From Rebecca billardiae RCC1528 (Eukaryota; Protista; Haptophyta): a stretch of DNA of 64,000 nt. The notes under the pieces are model-generated. The model worked only from the letters and a program-made list of their open reading frames with translations. It made no database searches and had not been told where the DNA came from. The stretch is from positions 620,001-684,000 of the forward strand of contig OZ251229.1 of assembly GCA_965240325.2 (NCBI GenBank). Direction: 5' to 3'. The translations under genes and the position numbers were made by a program. Numbering within the stretch: position 1 is the first letter of the stretch; each line of letters opens with the position of its first letter. Shown in pieces: positions 24,250 to 35,297 of this stretch.

Positions 24250-25596
24250 ATGGCCGGCGAAGACGCCGCGCCCGAGGCGGAGGAGGGCTCCCCTGCCGCG
24301 CGGCCGGCGCGGCGGAGCAGCCGGCGGTCCTCCCCCCGCGCGCTCCCGCCGTCCCCGCCCCCGCCCGCTCACCTGCTCGTCCTCGACCTCAACGGGCTGC
24401 TCGTCGAGCGGCTGCGCTCGCGCAAGGAGGGCGGTCAGCCGAAGCGGCCGCCCGACCTGCGCGAGGGCGGCTGCGAGGTCTTCTTCCGCGCGCACATGCG
24501 CGAGTTCGTGCGCTGGTGCTTCGAGCACTTCGTCGTCGGCGTGTGGACCAGCGCCAAGGCGAAGAACGTCCGCGGCCTCCTGCGCGCCGTCTTTGGCGCC
24601 GAGGCGGCGCGCGTCGCGTTTGTGTGGGACCAGGCGCGCTGCACGACCGCCGCGCAGCTGCGCCACCCGGAGAACCGCGCGAAGCCCATCTTCCTCAAGG
24701 AGCTGGAGGTGCTCTGGGCCTCGGGCGCCGCCGGCCCGCCCGGCCTCTACGCCGCGCACAACTCCGTCCTCCTCGACGACTCGATCTACAAGAGCGCGCT
24801 CAACCCCGCGCACACGGCCGTGCACCCGGCTGAGTGGCGCACGTGCCGCGCGGGCGCGAGGGGCGAGGACGCGGCGGACGACGGGCTCGCGCCGGGCGGG
24901 GCGCTGCGCACGCTGCTCGGGCTGCTCGCGCGCGCGCCCGACGTGCGCGTGCCCCTCGAGCACGCCGCCGCCGCCGGCACCTACCCCGGCCTCGTGCCAT
25001 CCGCCGCCGAGCGCGCGGTCGCCCTAGCAGCCATCCCTGGGCTGGGCGCGTACTGCGCCGCGCGCGTGGCGAGGGCGGCGAGGGGCGCGCGTGCCGGTGT
25101 GCGCGGCGCCGGGGTGGACGGCGGGACGGACGAGGCGGAGGGCGAGCCGGACCGCGCCGCTCGCGCCGACGCGTCGCCTCGCGCGCCGCAGCGCACCCCG
25201 AACGCGCGCGCCCACGGCGGCCAGACGGCGCGCGCGCACGGCGCGCGGCACGCGCCGCCGGAGCCGGAGCCGCAGCAGCAGGAGCAGGGCGGGCGCAAGC
25301 CGGGGCGCAGGAAGCCGCGGAGGCAGGCGCAGCCCGCGCTCGACGCGGCCGAGGGCTCGCCGCGCGAGCCCGCCCACGCGCGAGCGCGCGACGGCGCGCG
25401 GCAGCGGCAGCAGCGCGCGTCGCCTCGCGACCATCGCCACCGCCGCGCCGGGCCCGGAGCAGCGGCCGGCGCGGCGGCGGCGCGCGCAACAGCGGCCCGG
25501 GGCGGCGAAGACGACCTCCGGGGCAGCGGTGCTTTCGACGCGCGCGACGACCCCGTCCTCGCCGCCCTGTGCGCGACGGGGTGGCGGGAGCTGTGA
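24250..25596 (+). CDS. FCP1/NIF-family HAD phosphatase-like protein
   Basis: LLVLDLNGLLV, FFRAHMREFVRWCFEHFVVGVWTSA, FVWDQARC, KPIFLKEL, NSVLLDDSIYKSALNP. Confidence 0.8.
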   Translation: MAGEDAAPEAEEGSPAARPARRSSRRSSPRALPPSPPPPAHLLVLDLNGLLVERLRSRKEGGQPKRPPDLREGGCEVFFRAHMREFVRWCFEHFVVGVWTSAKAKNVRGLLRAVFGAEAARVAFVWDQARCTTAAQLRHPENRAKPIFLKELEVLWASGAAGPPGLYAAHNSVLLDDSIYKSALNPAHTAVHPAEWRTCRAGARGEDAADDGLAPGGALRTLLGLLARAPDVRVPLEHAAAAGTYPGLVPSAAERAVALAAIPGLGAYCAARVARAARGARAGVRGAGVDGGTDEAEGEPDRAARADASPRAPQRTPNARAHGGQTARAHGARHAPPEPEPQQQEQGGRKPGRRKPRRQAQPALDAAEGSPREPAHARARDGARQRQQRASPRDHRHRRAGPGAAAGAAAARATAARGGEDDLRGSGAFDARDDPVLAALCATGWREL

Positions 25597-25747
25597 CCCT
25601 CGCCACGGAGCGCACCGGGAACTTTTGTACGACTAGTAGTACTCGTGACGAGCTCAATTCTCAGTCTCAACTCTCAAAGCGTGGTTTGGAATTCGGGGGA
25701 ACGCAATTCAGCTGCTGGGCGGCGGGCGGCGAATCGTGGCGGACGAG

Positions 25748-26914
25748 ATGCTGACACTCCAGCGGGCGCACTTCTGGTTCCACGCCGCGCCCGAGCGCGC
25801 GCCGCCGGCGTTCACGCTGCAGCAAGCGCACCACTGGCACCTCGGCGGTGAGCCCGCGCCGAGCACGCTCGCCCCGCACCCTGCCGCGCCCGAGGCCTCC
25901 GCGACGCCGTCGACATCCGCCGCCGTGCGCGAGGGCTGCTGCACCCTCGCGCCGTTTGCAGACCTGCTCGACGAGGACACGGCGCTGCTGGTGATGCGGG
26001 CGGTCGGCGCGCGCTCTCTCGCCGACCTGGGCGCGGCGGCATGCACGTGCCGCCGCCTCGCCGCCCTCGCGCACGAGCACGCCGCCGAGCTGTGCGCGCC
26101 GCTCGCTGGCGCGATCGCGCGCGCACGGCTGAGCGTCGAGGTGGGCCGCGAGACCTCGGCGGACGTCGAGCGGCGGGCGGCGGACGCGGTGGCGGAGGCG
26201 ACGGGCGACGTGCACTTCGTGCGCGCCGTGCAGCGCGGGCCGTGCCGCGTCGCCGACGGCGCGTGGTGTGCGCACGGCCACTGCAACGCCCGTCCGTTTG
26301 GATCCTGCAGGCCGCGGCCCGGCGTGGTGGCACTGGTGGGCAGCGCCAGGCGGCAGCTGCGCGCCGCGCTGGAGGACGCGTCGAACTCGCCGCTGAGCTG
26401 GTCGGCGAGCGGTGAGCAGGCGCGCGTGCGCGCCCTCGCCGCCGAGCGCGCGCTCATCGTGATGTGGGCCACACTGCTCGAGGCGGTGGGCGAGCGCTCG
26501 GCCGCGCTCGTCAGCTGGCTGGGCGCGGCCGAGCCGCCGCACGGCTGCGCGCGCGCGCAGCTCGTGCTCGGGCTGCACTACCACGGCGCGAACGGCGGGC
26601 AGGGCGGCGCGGCGGGCGCGCGTGCCGACGCGCGCGCGGGCGCGCGCAGCGCCGCCGCCGCCATCAGCTGGCTCTCCCGCGCCGCGCTGAACGCGCGCGC
26701 GGCCGACAGCGAGGCCGCGCTCGCCGCCACGTGCGTTGGCTTCATCCACCTCGACGGGGACGGGGTGCCTGTGTGCGAGCCGGCGGCGCGGGAGTGGCTC
26801 TCGCGCGCGGCGAGGCGCGGCGGATGCGACGCGAGCGCGACGCTGCGCCAGCTCGACCTCGCGCGCGGCTGGCCCCCCGCCAGCCGCGCGTCGGTCGCCG
26901 GCCCGTTTGGCTGA
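25748..26914 (+). CDS. Putative F-box-like plus Sel1-like repeat protein
   Basis: DLLDEDTALLVMRAVGARSLADLGAAACTCRRL (F-box-like); AQLVLGLHYHG and VGFIHLDGDGVPVCEPAAREWLSRAARRG (Sel1-like). Confidence 0.55.
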   Translation: MLTLQRAHFWFHAAPERAPPAFTLQQAHHWHLGGEPAPSTLAPHPAAPEASATPSTSAAVREGCCTLAPFADLLDEDTALLVMRAVGARSLADLGAAACTCRRLAALAHEHAAELCAPLAGAIARARLSVEVGRETSADVERRAADAVAEATGDVHFVRAVQRGPCRVADGAWCAHGHCNARPFGSCRPRPGVVALVGSARRQLRAALEDASNSPLSWSASGEQARVRALAAERALIVMWATLLEAVGERSAALVSWLGAAEPPHGCARAQLVLGLHYHGANGGQGGAAGARADARAGARSAAAAISWLSRAALNARAADSEAALAATCVGFIHLDGDGVPVCEPAAREWLSRAARRGGCDASATLRQLDLARGWPPASRASVAGPFG

Positions 26915-27684
26915 GCCTCGCGAGCGTGGAGTGTGAGCGCCGCCGTCGCAGCCAGGCCGCAGCTGCACGCTCTTGCCCGAGCCGCCGCCGAGGCTCGCCG
27001 ACCGCGTCTTACGCTGTGGACGCTTCGGCAGAGTCGTCGTCGTGCAGGGCTCGCGAAGCTGCTTGCCAGGCACCTGGCTGCATCGGCTCACGGCGCGGAC
27101 GAGAAGACGAAGTTGCCGTCATCGTGACGTTCACGTTGTCCATGAATGAATACCTATGCAATATGACTATACTGCCGGCTGCTGGCTGCCGCTGCGGCTT
27201 GGACCGGCCCCTAAGGAGTAAGCAAGGATATGCTCGCGTCGACGGTGTCAGAGGCCTAGTCGCTATAACGGTCGTCGTCTATACTCGTCTCGTACTCACT
27301 GCTCGTAGTCGTCCGGTTATTGCCGCATTGATGATGATGGATCCCGGGTCGTTATTACCAGTGACGTTATTATTATTATATATATATATATTTATTATAA
27401 TAATTGAAGCGCCTGCTGCTACTGCGCTAGTCATTGTGCGCGAATAATAAGTTCTTCTGACTCGACGCTCGCGGCGCGACGTCCGCAGGCCGCTGCCAAA
27501 TGCTAGTACCAACTGCAACGCCAACGCCCCTTGGAACGGACACGGGATGTCCAACGACCAACGGTCCGCGCGTCGTCGGAGTCAATGATAGTGTCCGAGC
27601 ACCGTCGTCCATTGCACAGCCGCCCGGCAGCCCGGCAGCGAGATCTCAGATCGGTCGGCCGCCGCCGCGCGGTGGGCGCGCCTC

Positions 27685-28371
27685 CTACGGCTTGCGCTCG
27701 ATTATTGCAACCACGTGGCAGCTGACCGCGCGCTTCTCGCCGACCGCGTCCACCTTCTCGTGTGTGCGCGCCTTCACGTTGACCCGGCCGGGCGGGCAGC
27801 CGAGCAGCCGCGCAATGTTGTCAATCATCGCGAGCTTGTGGTCGAAGGGCTTGCCGGGCTCGGCGAGCGGGTGGTCCTTCACCATCATGCGCGGCGCCTG
27901 CGCGATGATTGTCACGTCGACGTTGCCCACGCGGTAGCCGCGCGCGTCCATCTGCCGCCACGCCTCCTGCATGAACACGTCGGACGGCGCGCCCTTCCAT
28001 CGCGGGTCCGTGTCCGGGAAGAACTGGCCGATGTCGGGCAGCGTGAGGGCGCCGAAGATGGCGTCGACGATGGAGTGGTACACCACGTCGCCGTCCGAGT
28101 GCGCGACGATCCCGAGCTCGAAGTCCTCGAAGACGACGCCGCCGATGGTGACAGGCCCGCCCACCTCCGCATCCCCGTGCGGCGCCATCCGGTGGATGTC
28201 GAAGCCGTGGCCGATGCGCAGCGGGGGCTCGGCGGGCCACTGGGCCGGATCGAACGAGGCCACCGCTGGCGTGGCGCGCACGCTCACGCCACCGCGCGCG
28301 CGAGCCGGCGCGGCAGAGTGAACGCGCGCCGTCAACGCGCAGCTCATCACGAGCGGAATGGCGCACGCCAT
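27685..28371 (-). CDS. ispF: 2-C-methyl-D-erythritol 2,4-cyclodiphosphate synthase, plastid-targeted
   Basis: RIGHGFDIH, AHSDGDVVYHSIVDAIFGA..PDIGQFFPDTDPRWKGA, GNVDVTIIAQAP, VNVKARTHEKVD; N-terminal presequence. Confidence 0.96.
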   Translation of the reverse strand: MACAIPLVMSCALTARVHSAAPARARGGVSVRATPAVASFDPAQWPAEPPLRIGHGFDIHRMAPHGDAEVGGPVTIGGVVFEDFELGIVAHSDGDVVYHSIVDAIFGALTLPDIGQFFPDTDPRWKGAPSDVFMQEAWRQMDARGYRVGNVDVTIIAQAPRMMVKDHPLAEPGKPFDHKLAMIDNIARLLGCPPGRVNVKARTHEKVDAVGEKRAVSCHVVAIIERKP

Positions 28372-28525
28372 TGCTGACCGTGATGCACGGCTGGCACGGC
28401 TACGGTAAGTGCCGCTACCGGTTGGCCACGTCGAGGCGACGCGATGGCGGGGCTCTCGTGGACGTGAAAGCGCCTCTGACCAGATCGCCTCGCTGACGCC
28501 GAGCTGAGCGCGCTTGCGGCCGCCG

Positions 28526-30360
28526 ATGTGGGGACCGCCCCCGCCCTACCCGCCGCCCGTACCGCTGCGTCCGCCGGCCCCGCCGCCGCACCCGTCGTCG
28601 CTCCCGGCCCCGCAGTACGCTCTGTACGCTCCGGGGCTGCACGCACAGCCGCCGCCGCCGCCCTTCCCGCCTGCGGCCGTGCACGGGCACAGCGGATACC
28701 AGCACGGTGGGCACTCGTATGCGCCCATGCCTCCTCCCGCCGGCGCGCTCCTGCCGCAGCAGCCGATGCCTCCGCCGGGCAGCTACGGCTGGGGCGCGGC
28801 TGCGCCGCACCACGGGCCGCCGCCGCCGCCGCTGCCGCCGCCGCCCAGCAGCTGGCAGATGCAGCCGGCGTGGCGGGCCCCGCCCGCGCGCGGCGGCGGT
28901 GGCGGCGGAGGGCGTGGCGGCTCGCGCGGCGGCAGGCGCGGCGGCGAGCGCAGGCACGCGCCGCACGCGCCGCCGCCGCCGCCATCGCCGGCCGTGGAGG
29001 CAGGCGGCGCGCTGGGGCCCCCGGAGGGGGAAGGCGGCGGCGGTGGCGGCGGCGGCGGCGGTGGCCTGCGGTGCGAGGCGTGCGACAAGAGCTTCACGAC
29101 GGCGAGCGACCACGCGGCCCACCTGCGCTCGCACGTGCCCTGCCCCGAGTGCGGCTTCCAGGGCACGCGCCGCGTGGTGAACATCCACCGTGAGAGTGCG
29201 CACGGCACAGGCCCGGGCGCGCGCAGCGAGGAGGAGGAGCGCTGGATGCGCTCTGCGGGGCGAGGGGCGGGGGCGGGGCGGGAGGAGACGGCGGAGGACG
29301 TCGCGGCGTACATCGCCGCGCGCAAGCAGCGCTGGCCCACGGCGGCCACCGTCGAGCGCAAGGTGCGCGCGCCGCCTGCCCATCGCGGCGCCGCCGCGCC
29401 CGGCGCGCGCGCGCGCGCAGCGCGGCGGCTCACGCGCGGCCGCGCTTGGCGCGCGCGCGCGCCGTGCCTCGCGCCGCGCAGGCGCGCGAGGCGGCGGAGG
29501 CGGCGGCGCGCGGCGAGCTCCCGGCGCAGGGCAGTGCGGGCGCCAAGCGCGCCCGCGCCGAGCCCGGCGGCGGCGCGCGCAAGGCGGCGCGCTGCAAGTT
29601 CTTCTTCTCGCGCCGAGGCTGCCGCAACGGCGCAGCGTGCACGCGCTCACACGAGCAGCCGGAGGACGCGCGCGCGCCCGCGGCGCAGCCGGCACGGCCG
29701 AAGCAGGCGTCGGCGCCCGCCGCGGCGCCCGCCGTCGCGCAGGGCGCGCCGAGCGTGCTGCAGGGCCTGGGCGCACTCTACGCCTCTGACAGCGAGGCGG
29801 AGGATGCGGCGGCGCCGAGCGCTGGTGCGCCCGGCGGCGCCAGCGCGGCCGCCCGTGCCCTGTTGGCGCCGGCCGCCGCGCCGCCGGCCGAGGGAGCCGA
29901 GCCGGCCGGCGGCGCGTGGCAGCCGAACGGGCGCGCGCCGACGGCCAGTGGGCAGGCGTGGGCGCGCGCCGCCGAGTTCGACAGCGGTGGGCGCGGGCGC
30001 GGGCGCGGCCGAGGGCGCGGCAGCGCCGGCGCCGCTGCTGCGAGCGGGCACGGGCATGCTGGCCGCGCGGCCGCGGGGCGTGGCGCGCGCGCGCCCTCGC
30101 TGCTCGAGCGGCTGCTGGCGAAGGAGATCCGCGCCGAGAAGAGTCTCGTGCTGCAGTGCATCCGCGGGCTGGCCGTGCAGGGCCTGCTGCATGACGGGGC
30201 CGCTGAGGCGGGGCAAGCCGCGCCCCCTGAACGGCCTGCTGAACCGGGTGACCCTCTGGCATTAGTGGCAATGCACGCGCAGCAGCCCACTGCGGGCACT
30301 GGCACTGATGACTCAGCTGCTCAGCCGAGTCAGCCGGTGACAGCCTGCTCAGTGCCATGA
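28526..30360 (+). CDS. NUFIP1: NUFIP1/Rsa1-like box C/D snoRNP assembly factor with C2H2 and CCCH zinc fingers
   Basis: Pro-rich N-terminus, CEACDKSF..HLRSHVPCPECGF..HRESAH, ETAEDVAAYIAARKQRWPT, CKFFFSRRGCRNGAACTRSH, SLLERLLAKEIRAEKSLVLQCIR. Intron 29363-29481. Confidence 0.85.
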
Positions 30361-31013
30361 CGTGTTCATCATCATCGTCGTCGTCAGTAGTCAGCCATGT
30401 CACGTCACTTGCGCGACTACAGCACGGTACTCGTAGTCAGGCCGGCCGCCCACGCTGCTGAAGCGGATCCCGGCGGAGTTGCGCCATCTGAAGTGACAGA
30501 CTACACAGTGATCATCAGGTCTCGATGCCGCGGCGGGACGATCACGATTCACGGCCCGGCCCGGATGACGGATCGTCATCGGGCGTTCGCGGCGACGCCC
30601 TGAGGAGTGACTAAGCTATTCAGTACGACTTACACGGAGTAACTACGGACTCTCTGACCCCGCACGACTACTGCTAGTCGTAATTATATATATATATATA
30701 TATATATATTATTACTACGCTGCTGCTTACATTAACATATTTACTTACTACTACGAGTACGCGGGCCTACGGCGGTGCCTAATGATCGGCTGATGCCTGG
30801 CGGATCGGCCATCGGGCATAAGCCGCCCCGGCGACCGACGATGCTCAGCATACGGCTGCGGGGGCTGGGCCGACTGCTCGTGTCTCCCGAGACGCGAACG
30901 GACTGTCTCGCTCCCGTGTCACTGCTCCCGCGCACTCGCCCGACAGCCCGGACTCTGTGAGCCAGAGTTGCAGGTAGTTAGTTACTGGTTAGGGCAGGTT
31001 AGGCTGAGTTAGG

Positions 31014-32340
31014 CTAACCGGCCATGTCTTCCGCATGGTCGAGCGCGTGCTGGATCTTGCGGTACCCGACGAAGGCCATCGCGCCGAGCACCGCCACCAC
31101 GAAGAAGGACGGCCCGACCCGGTCGTCGAGGTGGTCGATCTTGGCCTTGAGCGCCTCTGCCCTCCACATGAAGAGGTACCACGCGTACAGGATGAAGATG
31201 GCTGCCATGCACCGCAGGGAGGGCGCGCGCACAGGCACCACACCGCGCACGGGACGGGCGGACGAGGGCACCAGAGGGCTGCTCAGCGCCGTGCGGCACC
31301 GTAGCGTGCAGCGCGCACGGCGCGCGCACGGGTCTCGCGCGCGCGCGCTTCGCACCGGACAGCGCCGTGAGCACAAGGCCGGGCAGGGCGAGCGAGGGCT
31401 CCTCCGCGCCCTCGGCCATGATCGCCATCGCGACGGCGCCGAGCGTGACGCACATGTGCATCCAGTGGAGGAAGGTGCGCTCGTTCGCGAAGTACACCTT
31501 GGGCTCGATCTTGGGCGGCGTCAGCTTCATCGGCCCCGCCGCCGCCGCCGCCGACTTCTCCTTCCCGCCGCCGAGCACGCCGCCGAAGAAGGCCTTGACG
31601 CGCGCTGACATTGGCTTCTTCTCGACCACGCGCGACTGCCGCCGCGCGCCGCCGCCGAGGAGCGGCTCGTCGAGCCCCTTGGACTCGGCACCGAGCGCGG
31701 CACCGCCGCCATCCGCCGACTTCTGCTCCAGCCCCGTCTTGGCGCGCGCCTCGATCACGCTCTCGATCGCGGCGAGCGGGCCCGCGAGGTCGGCGCACTT
31801 GGATTGGAGGAAGGGCTGGTAGTACAGCTTCTGCGAGTACTGCAGCAGCATGGGCACGTCGGAGACGGCGTCGTGCTCGGAGAGCATGCGCAGGAAGATC
31901 GCCTGGCACAGCGACGAGAAGTCGTCGAGCTGCATCAGGTTGGTCATGCAGCGGTGCACGGACGCGCGCAGCTCGTCTGTGTTCTTAGTCATGTCGCGCG
32001 AGTCGCGCTCGAGGTCGTCGACCTGCTGCCGGAGCTCGGCGCCGGTCTTGACGACGAACTGGTTCACGCGAGAGAGCTCCGTGTCGAGCATCGTGCGGAA
32101 CTCCACCTCGCTCGAGCCCGCCGCCGCCACGCGCTCCGCCGAGTCGGATGAGTGGCGCTTGATGTCGGGGTGCGTGCGCGGCGCCTGCCACTGCCCGCCG
32201 GCGAGCTCCTCGACCACCTTCTTGAGCCGCGGGTAGTCTGGGTAGTACTGAGCCCACTCGGGGATCTGCTTCTCCGAGAAGAGCGCGTCGGTGCCGCCGC
32301 CGAGGTCGTCGTCGCTGTCCTCTCCCACCTGCGTCGACAT
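31014..32340 (-). CDS. SPX-domain plus VTC three-TM (DUF202) protein lacking the central catalytic domain
   Basis: PEWAQYYPDYPRLKK (SPX start), KIEPKVYFANERTFLHWMH and DDRVGP in three TM helices. Intron 31355-31202, stop at 31014. Confidence 0.85.
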
Positions 32341-32534
32341 GGCGATGCGCACGGCTCCGGAGGAGACGGAAGGCGCACTCAAGCGGCCCGATGACGGGAA
32401 GTTGAAAGAGCCTTCTCCGCGTCACGCTCGCGTCATTTTGTCTACTCGGGCGGCCATCCTGCCTGCGACTCGCCCACGCGAGCGCGACGGCCGCGGCGCG
32501 CCGGCAGGTGTGAGCCCCCCTCAGCCGTGGAGCG

Positions 32535-34847
32535 ATGAAGTTCGGGCAGCGCCTGCGCGAGTCGCGCGTGCCCGAGTGGGCCACGCACTACCCCGACTAC
32601 GACAGCCTCAAGAAGATGCTGCTCGAGATGGCGCGCACGGGGCAGAACCGCGCGATCCAGCGGCGTGAGGACCTGCTGCCGCACTCGATCGGCGGCACGG
32701 AGCAGCGGATCGAGGCGGCCGGCCCGTCGGAGTTCCAGTTCGTCCGCCGGCTCGACGCCGAGATCGCCAAGGTCTCCGACCACTACGTCACGACCGGCGC
32801 GTCGCTGCGCGACCGCGTGCGCGAGCTCGAGGAGCGCTACGAGACGGTCGCGGCGAAGGGGCTCGAGCCGGCGGACGTGATCGAGCTGACGAACGACGTG
32901 GAGCGGTGCGAGCTGATGCTGCTCAAGCTCGACGACATCGTCAACCTCTCGTACTCCGCGTTCGTCAAGATCCTCAAGAAGCACGACAAGCACTCGTCGT
33001 GCCCGCTGCTGCTCGCGTACTGCGTCAAGCTGCAGGCGCAGCCCTTCCTCGAGCAGAAGCTGACGCGCGTGATCATGGGGCTGTCCAACATCAACGCGAA
33101 GCTGATGGGCCGCGAGGTTAAGACCGAGGCGCAGTTCGACCCCAACCAGGCGGGCGGCACCTCGTTTGTGCGCAAGACGACCAAGTACTGGGTGCGGATG
33201 CAGGACCTCACGCGCGTCAAGTGCATCATCCTCAAGCAGCTGCCCGTGTACAAGTTCGACACGTCGGGCGACGTCGACTCGGACCGGATCACGTCGATCT
33301 ACTTCGACAACGACAACCTCGACCTGTACACCGGCCGGCTGCACAAGACGCCCGGCGCGATCGCGCTGCGCATGCGCTGGTACGGCGACGACCCGACGCC
33401 GCGCTCCGAGGTGTTTGTGGAGCGCAAGGTGCACAACGAGGCGTGGTACGGGGAGGAGTCGCGGAAGGAGCGGTTCTCGCTGCCGGACGAGCAGGTGCAG
33501 CCGTTCCTCGAGGGGCGCGTCACGCCCGAGGGCGTGCGCGAGATCCTCGCCTCGGACAAGAAGTTCAAGGGCGACCTGGACGCCGCGGTCGCGCTCGCCG
33601 CCGAGGTGCAGGGCCACGTGCGCTCCAAGCGGCTCAAGCCGATGCTGCGCACGCAGTACATGCGCACCGCGTTCCAGAAGAAGGGCGACGCGACGGTGCG
33701 CGCGTCGCTCGACACGGAGCTGTGCATGGCGCTCGAGCCCGTCGGCCCGGGCGAGTACCGGTACAAGGGCGAGCTCGTGCGCGACCAGATCTGCCAGTTC
33801 CCGCACGGCGTGCTCGAGGTGAAGCTGCAGCTGGCGGGCAACCAAGTGACGCCCGCGTGGGTCGACGACCTGCTCGCGACGGGGATGCTGGTCGAGGTGA
33901 ACAAGTTCGGCAAGTTCGTGCACGGGCTCGCCGCGCTGCTCCCCTCCACGCGCATCACCGAGCTCCCGTACTGGTTCAACCAGGTCGACCTCGACGGCGA
34001 GCGCTCCGAGGGCGGCGGCGGCGGCGGCGGCGGCGCGGCGCGCGGCGGCGCGGCCGCAGACGCGCACGAGCGCGGCATCGAGCTCGACAAGCCGGCGGGC
34101 GGGAAGGAGGCGCAGCCCGCGGCGGCGCACAGGGCGGGGCCCGTGTACCGCCCGCCCGAGCCCGGCCCGCTCGAGAAGCTGGGCAAGCTCTTCCTCCGCC
34201 TCTCCGCGCCGGAGTACCACCAGAAGGTGATCACGGGGAGGCTGGTCGTCGAGCCCAAGGTGCGGCGGCGCCGCGCCGGACGGCGCGGCGGACGGCGGGC
34301 GCGCCGCGCGGCGCGTGGGCGCGCGCGCGCGCGAGCGTGGGCGGAACGCGGCTCACGGCCGCGCGCGCGGCGTGTCGCGCAGGTGTACTTCGCGAACGAG
34401 CGCACCTTCCTCACGTGGGGCTCGCTGTGCGTGCAGCTCGGCTCGATCGCCATCGGCGTGCTCGCCATCAGCTACCACAGGTGCGCGTGTGCGATGGCGC
34501 GCGATGCGCGATGCGCGAGCGCGCGCGCGAACTGCGCAGCGCCGAGCGCGACGCCCGCCGACGCGCACGCGCGCCATCGCCCCGGGCACGCCGGCAGGCC
34601 GAACGTGATGCGCGTGGGCATCATCCTCGGCGGGCTGACCACGCTCTTCTTCGCCTACGCGCTCTTCGTCTTCCTGGCGCGCGCGCACGGCCTGCGCGTG
34701 CGCTCGACGGACGCCCCGTACGACGACCGCTTCGGCCCGACCCTGGTGGCGGGTGTGATGGTGATGGTGCTCGCCCTCACGAGCAACGCGTACGTCTCTC
34801 TGCAGCAGGCGAGTGAGGCGGCCGCGCCGATCACGGGCACGCAGTGA
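32535..34847 (+). CDS. VTC4: Vacuolar transporter chaperone 4 (polyphosphate polymerase)
   Basis: MKFGQ..YDSLKK..KILKKHDK (SPX). Catalytic-domain motifs FVRKTTKYWV, ITSIYFDN, LRMRWYG, FVERKVH, KERF, RTAFQ, VRASLDTEL, VLEVKL, KFGKFVHG. EPK|VYFANERTF plus three TM. Introns 34260-34382, 34481-34597. Confidence 0.93.
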   Translation: MKFGQRLRESRVPEWATHYPDYDSLKKMLLEMARTGQNRAIQRREDLLPHSIGGTEQRIEAAGPSEFQFVRRLDAEIAKVSDHYVTTGASLRDRVRELEERYETVAAKGLEPADVIELTNDVERCELMLLKLDDIVNLSYSAFVKILKKHDKHSSCPLLLAYCVKLQAQPFLEQKLTRVIMGLSNINAKLMGREVKTEAQFDPNQAGGTSFVRKTTKYWVRMQDLTRVKCIILKQLPVYKFDTSGDVDSDRITSIYFDNDNLDLYTGRLHKTPGAIALRMRWYGDDPTPRSEVFVERKVHNEAWYGEESRKERFSLPDEQVQPFLEGRVTPEGVREILASDKKFKGDLDAAVALAAEVQGHVRSKRLKPMLRTQYMRTAFQKKGDATVRASLDTELCMALEPVGPGEYRYKGELVRDQICQFPHGVLEVKLQLAGNQVTPAWVDDLLATGMLVEVNKFGKFVHGLAALLPSTRITELPYWFNQVDLDGERSEGGGGGGGGAARGGAAADAHERGIELDKPAGGKEAQPAAAHRAGPVYRPPEPGPLEKLGKLFLRLSAPEYHQKVITGRLVVEPKVRRRRAGRRGGRRARRAARGRARARAWAERGSRPRARRVAQVYFANERTFLTWGSLCVQLGSIAIGVLAISYHRCACAMARDARCASARANCAAPSATPADAHARHRPGHAGRPNVMRVGIILGGLTTLFFAYALFVFLARAHGLRVRSTDAPYDDRFGPTLVAGVMVMVLALTSNAYVSLQQASEAAAPITGTQ

Positions 34848-35297
34848 GGCGGGAGGCCGCTCCTCGCGCGAGCGAGCGGGCGAGTCCTTCACCGCGCCGC
34901 GCCCGATACGTCAGGCCTGGGCCCCGGCGGGCCGGCGGCGCTGCGCTGTGCGCTGTGCGCACGGTGCGGACGGTGCCCAGCGCACGCTGTCGACTACTGA
35001 CGAGTTAACGTTAGCAGAGGTGCAGCAGTGGCCTGATGATTGCGCTACACCTATAGGCTACATTACATGCACCATCATGCTGATGACGCCGCGCGCGCGC
35101 GCCTAATAATCAGTAGCGTTTTAAATATTTATTTATAGCAGCAGCTTATTACGCGCTACTTCATGTTCATCATAGTATTCATACGCGCGTATGGGCGTAT
35201 GGCAACTGCCATCAACTCGCGATCGCCGCATCGTCTGCATTTGCCGCGCGGCGGCCGTATGGCGAGCGCTTGTGAGTGTGGCCGTCCGACGTCGTCA

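Noticed and set aside
30987-31020. GGTTAGGG/GTTAGGC telomere-like units
   Set aside because: Only about three degenerate units at a gene 3' end; not an interstitial telomere array.
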